From NCBI GenBank assembly GCA_965153455.1, contig OZ234493.1, positions 6,810,213 through 6,874,212 on the forward strand: 64,000 nt of DNA. Direction: 5' to 3'. A model generated the notes under the pieces. It ran no database searches. It had not been told where the DNA came from and saw only the letters and a program-made list of their open reading frames with translations. Source of the stretch: Sphagnum compactum. Taxonomy: Eukaryota. Below are positions 1 to 13,412 of the stretch, piece after piece. Made by a program: the position numbers and the translations under genes. Within the stretch, counting starts at the first letter, position 1, and each line of letters begins with the position of its first letter.

Positions 1-278
1 TTGAGATAATCTTCATTGTTATCTCATTGTGAAGTTGCTGGTGTGTTCAGGAATGTCTACTGGTGAACAAAATGATTAAATCTGAACAAAAGAAAGGAAA
101 GTGAAAATTGCTTTTGGAAGATAAGGAGCAAGGAAGTGTGATGAAAGAAGATTAACATGTGGCTGACAGCTTTAATTTTGTTCTGACTAGGCAAAGAAAG
201 TAGTTCAAGTGATTTTGCGTATTGAGAATTTGTTTGAGTGTCTGATGAGAAAACTGGGTGTTGGGTGTTTGTTTGCAG

Positions 279-817
279 AATATGATCGATGGGCTAGGAA
301 TTACTGGATATGAGGGTGTGTTTTTGAGGGTATGTGAGATCAGCTTGAGTATTTTGAGAGCACACCGTGAGACACTGCTGAGTGTCTTGGAGACTTTCAT
401 CCATGACCCTCTTGTAGAATGGACAAAATCTCACAAATCCAGTGGAGTAGAGGTTCAGAATCCGCATGCCCAGGTCTGTCTTCCCTCCATTTCCCTCCTG
501 CTCCCTTTTACTATGCCTATAATATATTCTTTGCATATTCCAAACTTTGCTCTTTTTATCTGCTTAGATGTACCTCTATTGAATCATTATATCAGAAAAT
601 TTTATCTTATGAAGATGAAATGATGGGTGTTGTGGCATTGGGGGTACAGAGGGCCATAGCCAATATTGAGGCACGATTACGGGGTGTTGTAGTAGGTGTT
701 GGTGCAGCTCCATCATTGCCCTTGTCTGTAGAGGGGCAGGCACACCGCCTTATTTCTGAGGCAGTTTCTCACACAAACTTGGCCAAAATGTATATTTGGT
801 GGATGGCCTGGTTCTGA
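279..817 (+). CDS. ATR: Serine/threonine-protein kinase ATR, last two coding exons (279-473, 650-817): PI3K-like kinase C-lobe end plus FATC domain; gene continues upstream of the window
   Basis: Acceptor ttgcAG at 277-278, donor GT at 474, acceptor tacAG at 648-649, stop TGA at 815-817. The spliced peptide NMIDGLGITGYEGVFLRVCEISLSILRAHRETLLSVLETFIHDPLVEWTKSHKSSGVEVQNPHAQ|RAIANIEARLRGVVVGVGAAPSLPLSVEGQAHRLISEAVSHTNLAKMYIWWMAWF matches the plant ATR C-terminus (FATC ending MYIWWMxWF). Confidence 0.95.
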
Positions 818-1771
818 GACACAATACTTTTATATGTTGGACAGTATGACATTACTTAAGAGGACAAGAAAACCAAATTGCCAAATCTTGTCCACAACCC
901 ATTGACTGTACATATTTTGGTGTTCTCATTCATGTGATTTAACCATGGATTTTTCGCTGTGACACTGGTCCGTGGGATGGGTGACAGAATTTATCCAGGG
1001 GGATTGTTTTGCCAAGTCTCTGTACCAAATCAGATGAGCTATGGGATCTGCACGTCATTACGATTCTTGTAGGGGATCTGATTTGTTGCAAATGTCAGCT
1101 TGGACACGCGCTGCAAATTTCTCTTACAGTTTGCTGCTCATGCAGTCATGGAAATTGAATACAATATATAACTTCACCAAACCTAGCACAAAGATGTTAC
1201 GGCTGAAGTCAAATGGAACAACCCTGTTTCCTCTATTGGATGTACTATAACAATAGAGCTCAGGAGAGTACAAATTGGGAAAAAAAAAAGCCTGAATTGC
1301 TTGGCATCATTGTACTGTCATCAAAGTGCATTCATCACTGTGCCATTGCTCTTGGGAATCATTAAAGACCTATGGTATTTTAGTATGGTTTGTATGTTCT
1401 CTGCTGCACTTTCAATGTGAATATGTGTGTAGTAGGGCAGTAAAAGGAGTCAGTTCATTTATGTGCCCATTGCATTGAAGAGCTCACAAGCACACCACCG
1501 TATTGGAGACTAACTATGAAATGACGGTTGCTTGCTGTGTTTTGGGTGTTACCTGCATTATTCTGTTTGGTGTGACATCTGTGTAGGTGGACTTGAAAGG
1601 AGCAAAATTCATTGGCCCAGTACGCTGAAAAACTCACACACACCACGAAGGCACAGCAAGAAGGATGCTCATCTGGGTTTATCCTGCAGTTCAGAACCTG
1701 GTGACTGCAAATTACGTATTACAAAGTTCACAATTGTTACAAAGCAAAGATGTGCTGCTGATTCCAGGAGA

Positions 1772-1857
1772 AGGGGATCCAGTTGGGATTTGAACTCCCA
1801 ACCTGCTAGCTTAGAGGCTTACAAAGCCTTACCCCTTAGCCACTGGGGTAGCCCCCT
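1772..1857 (-). other. tRNA-like cloverleaf (pseudo-tRNA or tRNA-derived SINE head; apparent anticodon TGT)
   Basis: Minus strand reads AGGGGGC TA CCCC AGTGGCTAA GGGG T AAGGC TTTGTAA GCCTC TAAGCTAGCAG GTTGGGAG TTCAAAT CCCAAC TGG ATCCCCT. It shows a D-arm with A-box-like loop, a 7-nt anticodon-like loop, a GTTCAAATC B-box and an acceptor-like stem, but mismatches and abnormal variable/T-arm spacing. Confidence 0.55.
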
Positions 1858-4800
1858 CAACCATAAGAACCAGAACCTTGAATTTTAGTAACCACCAAGA
1901 AAACTGCGGGTTTTTGGAGGGTTTTGATTTGATCTGAACCAGCACTTCTTTGATTTGTTTTTCCTCTTTTTCCCCCTTTTTTTGGGGGTTTTCTTTCCCC
2001 TCAAAAACCCAGAACTGGTAGTTCTGTAATTCTGTTGCCTATGGAGCTACTCTTTTAAACAGTTGTAAGAAGGGAAGACTCCAGATTTACAACAGAAAAG
2101 AAGAAGCACTAGGTAGAAAGGAGGAATACAAGTCCCAAATTTCAAAGCTGGCTGGCAGAGGTGGAGGCAAAGCTCCATCCATTAGAAAAAGGTTCGGCAA
2201 CAATTGTATTATTTTTTAAGTGCCATTTTTAAAGAAATTATGTGCACAAAATGTTGAAAGCCAAGGAAATTACTAGTGTGGTGTGTGGGTGCCATAAAAT
2301 TCTAATAACAATTGAGTCCGGGTTTTAAAAATAAATTAAAAAAAGAGCATGCTAGGTTGAGGTTTATGAAAATTGGAAATTTCAAAGAAATTTCATGTTA
2401 GGTCTATAAAATCCGAGTTACAAGTATGAGGTAGGGTTGGGGGTTGGATATGTTTGAAGGCAGGTATACATTCTAGTGTCTTTAACAATGACCATGACTA
2501 CTATCAAAAAATAGTCGCAAAAGACACTTTTAGTTGCCTAAGACAGGTCGAAAAATGGGATTTTTCTATTAGTGCTAGGTTCTTTAATGCATCTTAGTTC
2601 TTTGAGATAAATTAAAAAAAGGTATTACTTATTGATTCTTTACTCAAGTCTTAACATATAGAAGGTTCAATATTTCTATTTGTAATCACAAAATCTATTG
2701 AAATTGCCTTGTATGAAATTTTTTATCCATTGCAACAAAGGGGAAACTAACAACAAACACAAAGTTTCAAAACATTATTGGAACCAATAAAAAATTACAT
2801 ATGCATTATTTTTGTTTTTCTAAACTTCTAAACCTAATGGAAAAGAGGTAATCCTAATGTGAATCAAAATGATAGTTTTCATTAAATATGGTTCTATTGC
2901 ATGTTCCCTCCATGTTCCATTGTTCTAAAGGGGCTTCACACTTTTCTCACATAATTCTAGACTCCCTTCAAACACTCACAAACCTTCAATCCGAAACTCC
3001 CTTCGAAGATAGAGATTGACTTATGTTCAAATATATATGTCTCTTCAATCCTCTCAAATCACCCTCAATCCCAAATTGCTACACTTCTCGTAAAGACACA
3101 AATAATCCCAATTCATGCCAAAGATGGATAGATTTTCAATATTGCCATTGCAATCACCCAACATGGACCCCATTAGAAAACAAAAGACACGTTCAAATGC
3201 CAATTTGCAAATGGACCACATAGAATTCAAAGCCAAAATACATGCACACATGCCATTTTACAAACATCTTATGAAGACAAGCCCCATCATAATCCGAAAG
3301 GCAAAAGAGACACAAATGCAAGTGTTTCTCCCAATAATAATAATTCGCTCATTCTTCAAATTGAAACATAATGAAGACCGCACAATTTGGAACCATGGAA
3401 AAACTTTCTACACAAGAATCATGACACAAAAAACATTTCACCGTATTTAGTTATCAACCAATTACTTGATCTTCATTTAGTATCTTTGGAGGGCATATGA
3501 TTGATTGCCATGCAATAGAAAATCATAAACTCCAAACACTAGCACATTCCAAAAAAAAACATATCACAATTTACAATTGTTACATTAGAGTTTTCCATAA
3601 AGTCATTCAAACACAAGGCCAAAACCTTGTGTTTGAGTGAAACATTACTTGTAACCCTAAATTTGGTGGGAAAGTTTTACATATCACCTTGATGAGGGCC
3701 AAAACTTAGATTTGCATTGATATTCAACATGAAACCAATTCCATGTTACATTTTTCTACCTATCATTCCATTGTGCGTGAAGCTATTTTTGCAAGTTTTT
3801 GTGATGTTTCATTTTTTGCATGAATTGGTGTGTTTGTGCGAGGAGGCAATGGGCTTTTACATGATTTTTTGGTGAAAGCATGAACTTTTGGAGCTTTGAA
3901 GATAAGCCACAAGGGAAAGGGGTTGTTAGTAAATGAGCTTGAAAGCTTAGATGTCTTTTTTTAAGCGACTTTATTTCACCTTTGTCCTCTTGTTCTTGGT
4001 TTTATATTGGTATTTTAATCTCTCCTTTGATGGTGATGGTTTTTTTATTGTTGGTTTGTTTTGGTTAAACTAACTTTCCTCTTGATGGTGATGGTTCTTC
4101 TATTCTTGGTTCTACTATGGTATTAAAATACCCCAAAAACTAAAAAAAAAAAAGATGTTTTGAAACCATTTGAGGTGTAATTTGATGCATTTGAAGTCTA
4201 ATTTTTTAAAGCTTTTGGACCTTTTAAACCTCTAGAATTTTAGGGGTTTGAAAATCTAGATGTTGTAGAGGTCCAAGGGCTTTGAAATCATTAGATCTCT
4301 AGAGCCTTTGGAATTTTGAATTATATAGAACCCTTAAAACTCAAAAGTTGACTAAATGTTGTGTATTTGTGGGTGTTTTTAAAGAGGTGGCAAGCATTCC
4401 AAAGCCTACTGATTTCATGGTAAAGATTCAACAATCTAAGTTGGTTGCCTCATGCAAGGCAAATCAACCTTGCTAAAACAAGGTGCCCCAACAAATTGTG
4501 GAATCCTTACAATCCAACATGCTAGCACTAGTAAAAAAATTTGATTCAACTAATCCCAATTGTAGTGTGGAAGAATATATTTTTGGATTACCTAAAGGGT
4601 TACCTTAAAGCATTGTTTCTTGAGGAAACCCTAAAGGAACATTTGTAAGAAACCTCGAAAGAATTGAAGGCATGCAATTCAAATGAAGAAGGCTCAAAAT
4701 GAATGAGAATACAATGTGATGAAATGTTGGAACACTTGAAAACCACAAATGGGCATGCAATATGAAATGTATTAAATAGGTGACAAATCTTCATTGATTG

Positions 4801-5149
4801 CGCACATGTGACCCGAACCACATTTCCTAAACCTAGCCTTACCCTTTATGACTCAAATGGACCTACCATTGGTATGGCCTCCTTGGACCTTATCCATATG
4901 ATTGTCTTTGTTGAAAGGCTAACCCTTATTATGAAATTAACCAAGGGGGAAATAACAGTGGTGAATTCTAAGAGCATGACAAGCATATCGACCATGGCAA
5001 GTGTGACAAGCTAGTTTTTTTTTACATTTGTTGTTCATGATACTTGCCTACTAGGCAAATGGAGATCAATTGTGAAAGGAAATTAAATAAGATAAAATTA
5101 ACAATTTGAAAATAACCAAAGATTTTAAAATGATTTTAGAGGAGTAATA

Positions 5150-6480
5150 GTAAAGGTTAAAGCAATTCTAGATGTACAATTCTATTAGATGTATCATGGA
5201 CATTTGAATTTTTTTTGCTTTTCACTAGTTCATCCATAAATTCAACATTCAATTCCTCAATTAAATTGGATTTTTCCTCACATACAAATGCTAAGTTTGG
5301 ATGTTTCAAGCAATCAACATGATGATCATGTTAAAACACACTTGCAATAGTATAACAATGAAATCTACCAATTTTTTTTCTTAGATAACAATGCCATATT
5401 TTTTAAGTTATTCAACCCTATTGAGCATCAATAACTTGTGAGCCTCTAACATCAAAGGCAATAATAACTACTCATCATAAATTCAACAATTAGGGTGATA
5501 GCAATTTCATGACCCACATATGTCATTGCTAAACAAATGTTCTTAAACTTAGATCCAACATCAACGTTAACATGTTATGGCCTTATTTCTTATCAACTAC
5601 AAGCAAAAAGGAAATGAAGGATAAATGGACCTTTAACACTTTGCACTTCATACAAGAAATGAAGTCCTCCAACTCGGAATTTAAAAAAGTTGTTTCCCTT
5701 TTAGTCCAAGGTTGTCAAGAATCCTTTGGTAGATAAGGTTTTCACAAAGTTCTTAACACATGGATATGATAAAATGGAGTGCATCCCCAAGGAGCCAATG
5801 CCCATACCTTTGGTTCAAAGCATCACCTTTCATAATGGGTGACAAAACTTTCACAACATTATCACAAACAACCTAGATTCATGGAAAAGGTTTGTAACTC
5901 TATAATGTTACATAGTCTATTGGTTGCAACACAATGAAAAACTTCAAAAAATTAAAGTATGTTGGAATAATAAAACTTGACTTGCAAACCTATAATCACC
6001 AACAAAATCAATCCAAAAACACATGAGTTAGATTTCAAGAACTCTAAAATAATTTATAAACTATGTAATTGATCAAAATGTGGTGAGCAAAAGATGAAAT
6101 AAAAGCCATATACCTAATCTTGATGGGTGTGTTTAATTTTCTAGGCCTCAAGCCAAAATCTATGCAAGTTTTATCCCACACTTGCCTCACTTTCCCAAAT
6201 TTCTTTGGCAAAGTAATACACTTTTGAATGTAAGCTTGAACAAGCTTTATATACACATAGGTCAATCTTGGGCCACTTTGTTATCCATAGTAGCATATTG
6301 ACAAGCCTTTGATAGAGCATGCCCAAAGCACACTTGATCAAATGGTTTCAACATGGCTAAGCTAACACAAAAAATAATTAAACTCAAAGCGTTTGCACAA
6401 GTTTTTAGATTGGACCTCTCATCCTTCATGTAAGCAAGGATTTCATATGTAAAGGAAAACCTATAAAAAAACTCATATAA
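5150..6480 (-). mobile_element. Decayed hAT-superfamily transposase relic
   Basis: Minus-strand peptide pieces AYMKDERSNL...CFGHALSKACQY (CxxH-type motif), QKCITLPKKFGK...RPRKLNTPIKIRY (TPxxTRW-like) and, around 5551-5582, HNMLTLMLD(frameshift)FKN (LDPRFK-like). They are in hAT domain order and broken by stops and frameshifts. Boundaries approximate. Confidence 0.6.
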
Positions 6481-7848
6481 TGTTGGATGCATAGCTGCAC
6501 CAATGGTGTTGGCATGTTTTCGGGCGAGCTGAACTTGACCAGAGAAAAGGCTCAAAAAGATTGCGTTCTTGTCCTTTTTTACCACAAGAATCAATTTCGT
6601 ACATTAATGTAGTGCAAGCTATTGCAAGAATACCAGGGCAGCTTCAATGCATGTCTTTTGAATATTTTTTTAAAATTTGAAGATTTGAAGATAAAATATT
6701 TCAAAAGATTCTTTACTTTCCTTCACAAAAAAATGTTCTTCAGGAAAAGTATTTTTGAAAATTTCAACATCTCTAAAAATAATATAATTAATTTTGAAGC
6801 TGCCAAGGTACGACAATAGTCCTTAATTTCTGGCATGTGGGGGGGCATGGGGACTTGGGGGCATCTTGGTGAGCTTGCTTGGATGCCCACAATTCAGAAG
6901 AATATTTTCCCACTAGATTGAGGCCTTGGGGAGGAAATTTCACTTATGTTCCCCAATTCAGTGTGAGAATGGTGTCCACGCATCCACCAAAGAAGAACTT
7001 TGTGGGCCTCCACCAAATGTGCTTGTCAAGTTGAGCATGTGACACATGACTTGGGGGCCATGGAGTATGAAGGAGAGTTCATTTCCCTCTCCCAAGAATT
7101 GACAAACTTTTTTAGTTTAAATTTATAGCTTTAAAACATTCATGTCTAGGAGTCTAGACATATTACAGCGGGACAATACATAACAATGTGTATCCCCTAT
7201 AACTCTCCTTCAATACTGTCTCCTCATTGGCGTAATGGTGCTCGCAGGGGTATTCTGAGTACAGAAGGTAGAACAATTTCAACCCTACACCTATCATATT
7301 TTTTATGTTGGACATTAGAACAGCTACCTAGTTAGCCAACTACAGGAATCATCCCAAGTGGTGCATGTGTGGAGGGGCAGACACATTTCCTCAACAAAAT
7401 TAGGGGCCGTAATTGGGATAGCATCAATATTCTTCAACAGAGTGTAAAGAAAAATTTCTTAATTATGTTGCAATTGCAAGCATAAAAATAAGCTTGCCAA
7501 GAAGACCCCACTGTGCAACTTGCAGCCTCGGTTCACACTAGTGTTGTTGGTTGGTTATTGATTTTTAAAATATCCGTGAGATCAGTTATGAATTTTTTTT
7601 CATTTACACCAAGGGTATCAAATATTTTAAAAATTCAAATTTTAGAGACTCGCCTGGTATCAACTTGCTGGAGTAACCAATCAGTAAGGGTGTCAATTGT
7701 TTAGAAGAATTATAGCTATGAATCGGCTGGTACGCATAAGGGTTGATTTTTACAATACCCTGTTGAAAATCGGCCAATATGGTGCCGAGGCTGGTTATCA
7801 AACAGTAAATTTCTTGATTTTTTTTAAAAGCAAATTTTTACCAATCTT

Positions 7849-8073
7849 GCATGGGTTATGGCATGTGCATTTTCTCCTGGTGGTCATGCAGTTGCTTGTG
7901 GTGGCCTAGACAACGTTTGCTCTATCTTCAACCTGAACTCTACTGCTGACAGAGATGGCAATCTGCCCTTGTCCTGTGCACTTGTTGGCCATAAGGGCTA
8001 TCTCTCTTGTTGTCGCTATGTGCCAGATGAAGAAGCTCACATTATCACAAGCTCAGGAGATCACACCTGTATT
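7849..8073 (+). pseudogene. Isolated internal fragment of heterotrimeric G-protein beta subunit (AGB1/GB1-like WD40 repeats)
   Basis: Translates as [75 protein letters not shown], closely matching plant Gbeta (AWVMTCAFSP..VACGGLD.VCSIF...GH.GY.SCCQYVP.ED..LITSSGD.TC). Similarity starts and stops abruptly without splice sites, and no other Gbeta exons are seen in the window. Confidence 0.85.
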
Positions 8074-11000
8074 ACGTGCACTAAAGCAAGATTTCCACCA
8101 ATGTTCACCAAAGCATTCAGAGGGCAAACGCAACCAAAAGTTACAGATGGCTATTGAAGCCAAGCTGAAAGAGAAGCAATCTGTTCTAACAGATTGCAGA
8201 AAAGCCCAGTTGGAAGCAGAAATTGAGAGTGACAGATGATGAGAGATGGAGTTCTACTTTAGCTTTTACTTTTAAGGCAAATGATGAAATCAAACCTAAT
8301 TCAATGAAAGTTCTTGCATGGAGAAAAAAAGATGAAAAAAATGAATGAAAAATATAGAACCTACCTAGGTAGGTGTGAGAGGTCCCCATTGGGGTGTATA
8401 TAGGGTATTGGATTTTATGAAACTGATACCCTGTCAATAGGATATTTTCAGGGTATCTAGAACACTGATACCAGGCTGAGTAGGTTCTTGGTCGGGTACA
8501 GCAAAAAAGAGAGTAGAACCAACAGGTAGATTATTTGATACCCGGACATGGACCCTGATTGATAACCAGGTTGTTTTTCAATAATCAGCCAACACCGGTT
8601 CACACACACAGGGCCTGAGGTCTGGATGTGTATTGGATTTGTATTTGCACCATCATATCCCATGGACTTGGTTTGTTGTCTTATGACCAATGTTGAGCAC
8701 ATATGAGAACACCCACCAAAGCCTTGGAGGTTATAAGGTTATATATACACATTTACCTATTGATGATGATTTTTTTGAAAGAGTAGGAGCTCTAAGGAAC
8801 TCACACTTCTCAAGTGCTCACTTATCCACAGTCAGCATCACAACCTAGATTATAACTATTTACAAGATCACCCCCACTTAGGTAGGTAAGATGTCAGAAG
8901 TTCTATAAGTGATTTGCCTATACACCAATTCATACCCAATCATATAACTAGAGGATTCATGTAAGTTATTTCATTTGAAATGTTGAAATATCAGACTTTT
9001 GAATTGTCACCAAAATGAAGTTATGGGATGCATGTATTTTACAGACATAGAAATATAGAACCTTAAGAGCATGAAAGGAATAGGGGTCCCTTGGGTGAAC
9101 CAGCCAGCACCTACACTTAGTATCATGAAAAACTTTGGGCATTACATTATAAATTGTAACCTTTCTGAGTCCCGATTAATCGATCTGCCCATGATTTACG
9201 ACCTTTCTCTTGCAACCGTGATTCTTGTGCTCCTAAAATCCCGTAGTTGCAGGTTCTCTTGAATTCATAACGTACACAAGAAGGCAAGTGTCAATGCCTT
9301 TCATCCTGTGAACCGAAGGCAAAGCCTGAGGTCCAGGGTGGAAGGCACCTTATTTGCCTTCCCCTTTGAAACAAATGAGGTGATCTGACGGTTCAGATCA
9401 CCTAATGCTCTTGCCTGAGGGACTTCATGTGTAAGATCTCACTCCGGAAGGGTGGGAAATGATGTACCTAGTGTAAGGTGTCCTCACTTTACGCACCACA
9501 GAAATAGTCTTTCAGATGATTCTGTGGAATCGACTTTTTTTTTGTTTTTTTGTCAAGTTGGGTGGGGATGCCCCTATCTTATGGGAAGTAGAAAAAAATA
9601 TTCAGTTTGACATTTATATGGTCTTGCATGGTTCTAGCTTTCAGATGGGGCCACCATAATACTTCTTCACATGAGTTTCAGGCTTGGGTGTGGTGGCTGT
9701 CAACCATACAGGCCTACAGCATAAGTACAATTTTCACTTTCCTACATTACATTAGAGTTTACATTGTTGGACTTTTCAAGTCCTGGGTCCCCACTCCCTA
9801 TGCTTCATAATAATATCTAAAAATTGAGGCTACTAAATAGGATAGACTGGCTCATCACCGAATTGCCTGCCTATGACCAAACACTTATTTATGTCTTCAT
9901 CATATGTGCTTCATTTTGAGTGGTTTAAAATGTTATGCAAGCGCTGCCTCAAGCTCTACCAATCATCTTTGAAGTGCAAAAGAAAAGGAGTAATGAAAAG
10001 TTAACAAGACAAAGAAAAGCTTTCCAACATGCAAAATGCACTTTTTTTTTTCCTCTTTGGACTCTCCTACTTTCAAATCTCATAACTTTTTTAAAAAAAT
10101 TAATCTTTTTAAATGATTTAAAGTGCTATAGGATCATCACTGAAGTTCTACAAATCATCTTTGAACTCTAATAACAATAGAGCAACATACAAGGAAATTT
10201 TTGCATGTTTGAGAACCAGCCTTTATTATGTTTGTTGATTTGTTTTTTTGAGTTCTTGACCCCCTTTACTTTGGGGGCCCATAACTTTCTCATTTTAATT
10301 CATTTAACTTTCTCATTTTAATCTGTTTTCGACCATTGTTAGTGTGTCAGATGCACCAAGAGGAGGTGTTCAAGCTTTGTTTAAACACCAGAAACAACGG
10401 AGCCCTCCCCTTGCATCTGGCTGCCCTGAATGCTTAAGTGTTCAGTCACAGACCAATCTACCACAGTGACAATTTACAAACCACATGATGGGTCTTTTTT
10501 CATTTTTAATTAAAAAAGTGTCAAAGTTTGCAACAGAAAACGTTAGTGCTCATGGGGTATTACCTTTAAAATTACATATGTCCATAGTTGTTAATGCAGT
10601 CAGTACAAGAGTACTGCTGCAATTCTTTTTCCCTGAGTCTGCCCTTTGCCCCATTTTTTTCACCTTGACATTTCTAGACATGATTTGGGTCCATGTCATA
10701 CATGTTTTGGGCATGTTAGTGGTGCTAGGGGGGGTACATAACATCCTTCCAAGACCCTTGGCACATGCTACCTGACATTGTTATGTGGCCCTAACACGGG
10801 AGGTTATGGGTGCAAAACATGACAAGGTGAAAAAAAACAAGGCAAAACTCAGACTGAGGATAAAAAATTGTGGCAATATAAAAACCGTCCAGCAACTCTA
10901 GGGAGAGGGGGATGCTGCTTTCAACTTTTAGAGCACCCTAGAATTTTTTCTCCTCAAAGTCAGAGTCTGGTGCCTTCAAATTTAATGTCTAGACATATTA

Positions 11001-13120
11001 GGCCCACTTTACACTGCAAGTCAAGGCCAATGTGCAACTCAAATCAAGCATTCCTATCGGTGCAAAAGTTGAAATCAGCCTCAAGGGCTTTACACTAGGA
11101 GTCAAGGCTGAAATAACAAAAAACATTTTCAATCTACCCCAAGTTAGTAATAAATGCTGAACTCTATGGCCTTGTATTGGCCCCAAGGGTGAAAAAACGA
11201 TACCATCAAATCTGGGAAGCCAATTTGCAACCCTTGGGGCCCAACAAAAAGCCAAAATATGCTCAAAGTTGGCTCCAAGTTTTTTCAGCCCTGACTCCTG
11301 ATGTCAAATGGGGCCTTTGGTCCCACAAATAGTGACAAAATGATCCCAAAAGAATGTCTCCTAATTGGCTGAATGTTGCTGGCTGTGATGTTTTGAGTAC
11401 AGAAGGTGCAAAAGTTTCAAATCTATTTGATATTGGACAACACAATAGATATTTTACAGATTATAGGAACCAAAACAAATCATCCCAAAAGGCGGGGGTA
11501 GCTGGCTGGAGGAGGAGACACCATTCCCCACCAGTGTTAGCTGGTGAAAAGCACCAATAGTCCACAATCTAGAGTAATTAATTTTTTTCTGTGATATCTT
11601 CCAAATGAGGGCATGGAAACAAGGTCCCATGAATGACACCATTTCACAATTCACTATTTCACAATTCCCAGCCAGTGTTGCCACAGACAATCCATATAAT
11701 CAGGATTCATATTGGATTTGTATCTGCACAAACTGTCCCATGGATTTGGTTCTTTGTGTTATGACCTATGTTGAGCACTTATGAGGACTCCCAGCAAATT
11801 CTAGAGCTGACATGGCTGATTTTGTGAATACTCACAAGGTGGTTGCTAGAAGGAATTCAGTTTCAGCTTTTTCAAGTGAATGAAATTGAGGTGAATCCTA
11901 AGAAAACCAGAAATTTTTTAAAACCATGAAAAAAGAAGAAAATTGAAAGTTAAGTTAATCCTCTCAGATGTTAATCACGCATTTTTATCTTGGACCCTCG
12001 AATTGGAGTCCAAGCTGGAGTCCAAGCCTTTAGACACACTCACGCGTACCTCTGGAAAAAATTATTTATTTAGTTAAGAAGGGTTCAATTCAAGGTTGAA
12101 TTTGCATAAAATTGGTCCCTTGGCTTTTGATCCCTGTACCCTTGTCTAAAGTGGCCCTTATGCTCCTTTTCCATGTGGCCCAATCACCTTCTATTTTCTG
12201 AAAAGGAGTTTCCAGTCAAGGTTTTCATGTGCAGAGTTGGATCCAACCACCCAACTACTATCTGCTGAGTCTTCCCCTGGGCTGTTGGCCCTCCCCTGAC
12301 CCACTAAATTGGAGGCATGCCCACTATTTGTTATTTTGATGGCACCATTAATGACAAGAGTTAAAAACACATATAAATCATAAGGTCATTGCGATGTGGG
12401 TATGACATGTGATTGCTTTCATCACTACGCTTTTACTGATTCCTTAGTAGGTGTTCTAAAAATAATGGGTGGGTAGGCCCATGGAAACAGACCCATGCCC
12501 ACATGAGCTGGGTGTGCTCCTTGTCAACCGGAGAGGCCAACAGAATAATATTTGCACTTTTCTATGTTCAAGTTTATCTTGTTGGTCTTTTGAAAACCAA
12601 CCAGTTTTATGCATTGTTACCTTTTGTCAATTTTTTGATGCAACCCGAAGTCCACAAAAGGGCAGAGCCAAAAATGGCTATCATCAACAACAGGATGGAG
12701 AACAAAATGGCAATCATTCACAACTACCTATTCAGACATCCTTTTCTATTTTGACTACACACTGAAGCAATGGTGGTGATTCCACAGATACACCTTAAAA
12801 ATCTGGCAATAAAGTCTTTTCTATTTTAAATTCAAAAAAGTGCCAAATTTCGCACCAAAAAAATCTCTGGTATTGGGAGTATTAATCTTGTACTTTTTTG
12901 TAGGTTTGTTCTTAAGGTGAGATTATGGGTGGTGGTCTGTAAGCTTCACTTTTGAAGGTTCATCAGTACCTAGGAGGGTACCATGGGGAATCAATGGTGC
13001 AAACATTAGTTACACTATGAAATATGCCAAATACACTATCATATCACCATATACCCTACAAAACCTTTTGGTACTCTTGATATCATCGGAAAGCCCTTGA
13101 TGAGTACCCAATAAAGAATG

Positions 13121-13412
13121 CAGGGCCGATTTTTGGGGCAAAATTTCCTCATCTGGTGACCCAAAAAAATGGGGGACTACCACTCCTACAGAGGTTTTTT
13201 TTATAATAAAAATGTTACAAAGTCACCATGTTTTGAGGTGAGAAAAAGTTGAATTTGTCACATTTAAACCATAGCTTTTATGATGTCCCCAGAATATTAT
13301 AGCATGGTTCCAAAATATTCTCTATTGCGCTCTTTGTCCTGCAAACTTGGCTAAGTCTGTTCTGGAGGATCCCCCCTCCACCTTCCTGACAATTTTGAAA
13401 AAAAGCTCCCTG
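13121..13412. mobile_element. MITE-like element with CAGGG...CCCTG ends; member of a dispersed family carrying the 'ttagccaaatttggcta' core
   Basis: Begins CAGGGccgattttt and ends aaaaaaagctCCCTG. The internal 'caaacttggctaagtc' motif resembles copies at ~23510, ~32385, ~38990, ~43705 and ~51140/51450. No clear TSD. Confidence 0.4.

Noticed and set aside
1772-1857. Functional tRNA-Thr(TGT) gene
   Set aside because: Mismatches in the acceptor and anticodon stems, abnormal variable/T-arm geometry and no immediate oligo-T terminator; kept only as tRNA-like.
2880-3720. Possible transposase relic on the minus strand (Cys-rich pieces); similar traces at ~24400-24620, 29200-30900 and 33700-34100
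   Set aside because: Too degraded to assign a family by eye; it needs TBLASTX/HMM searches against TE libraries.
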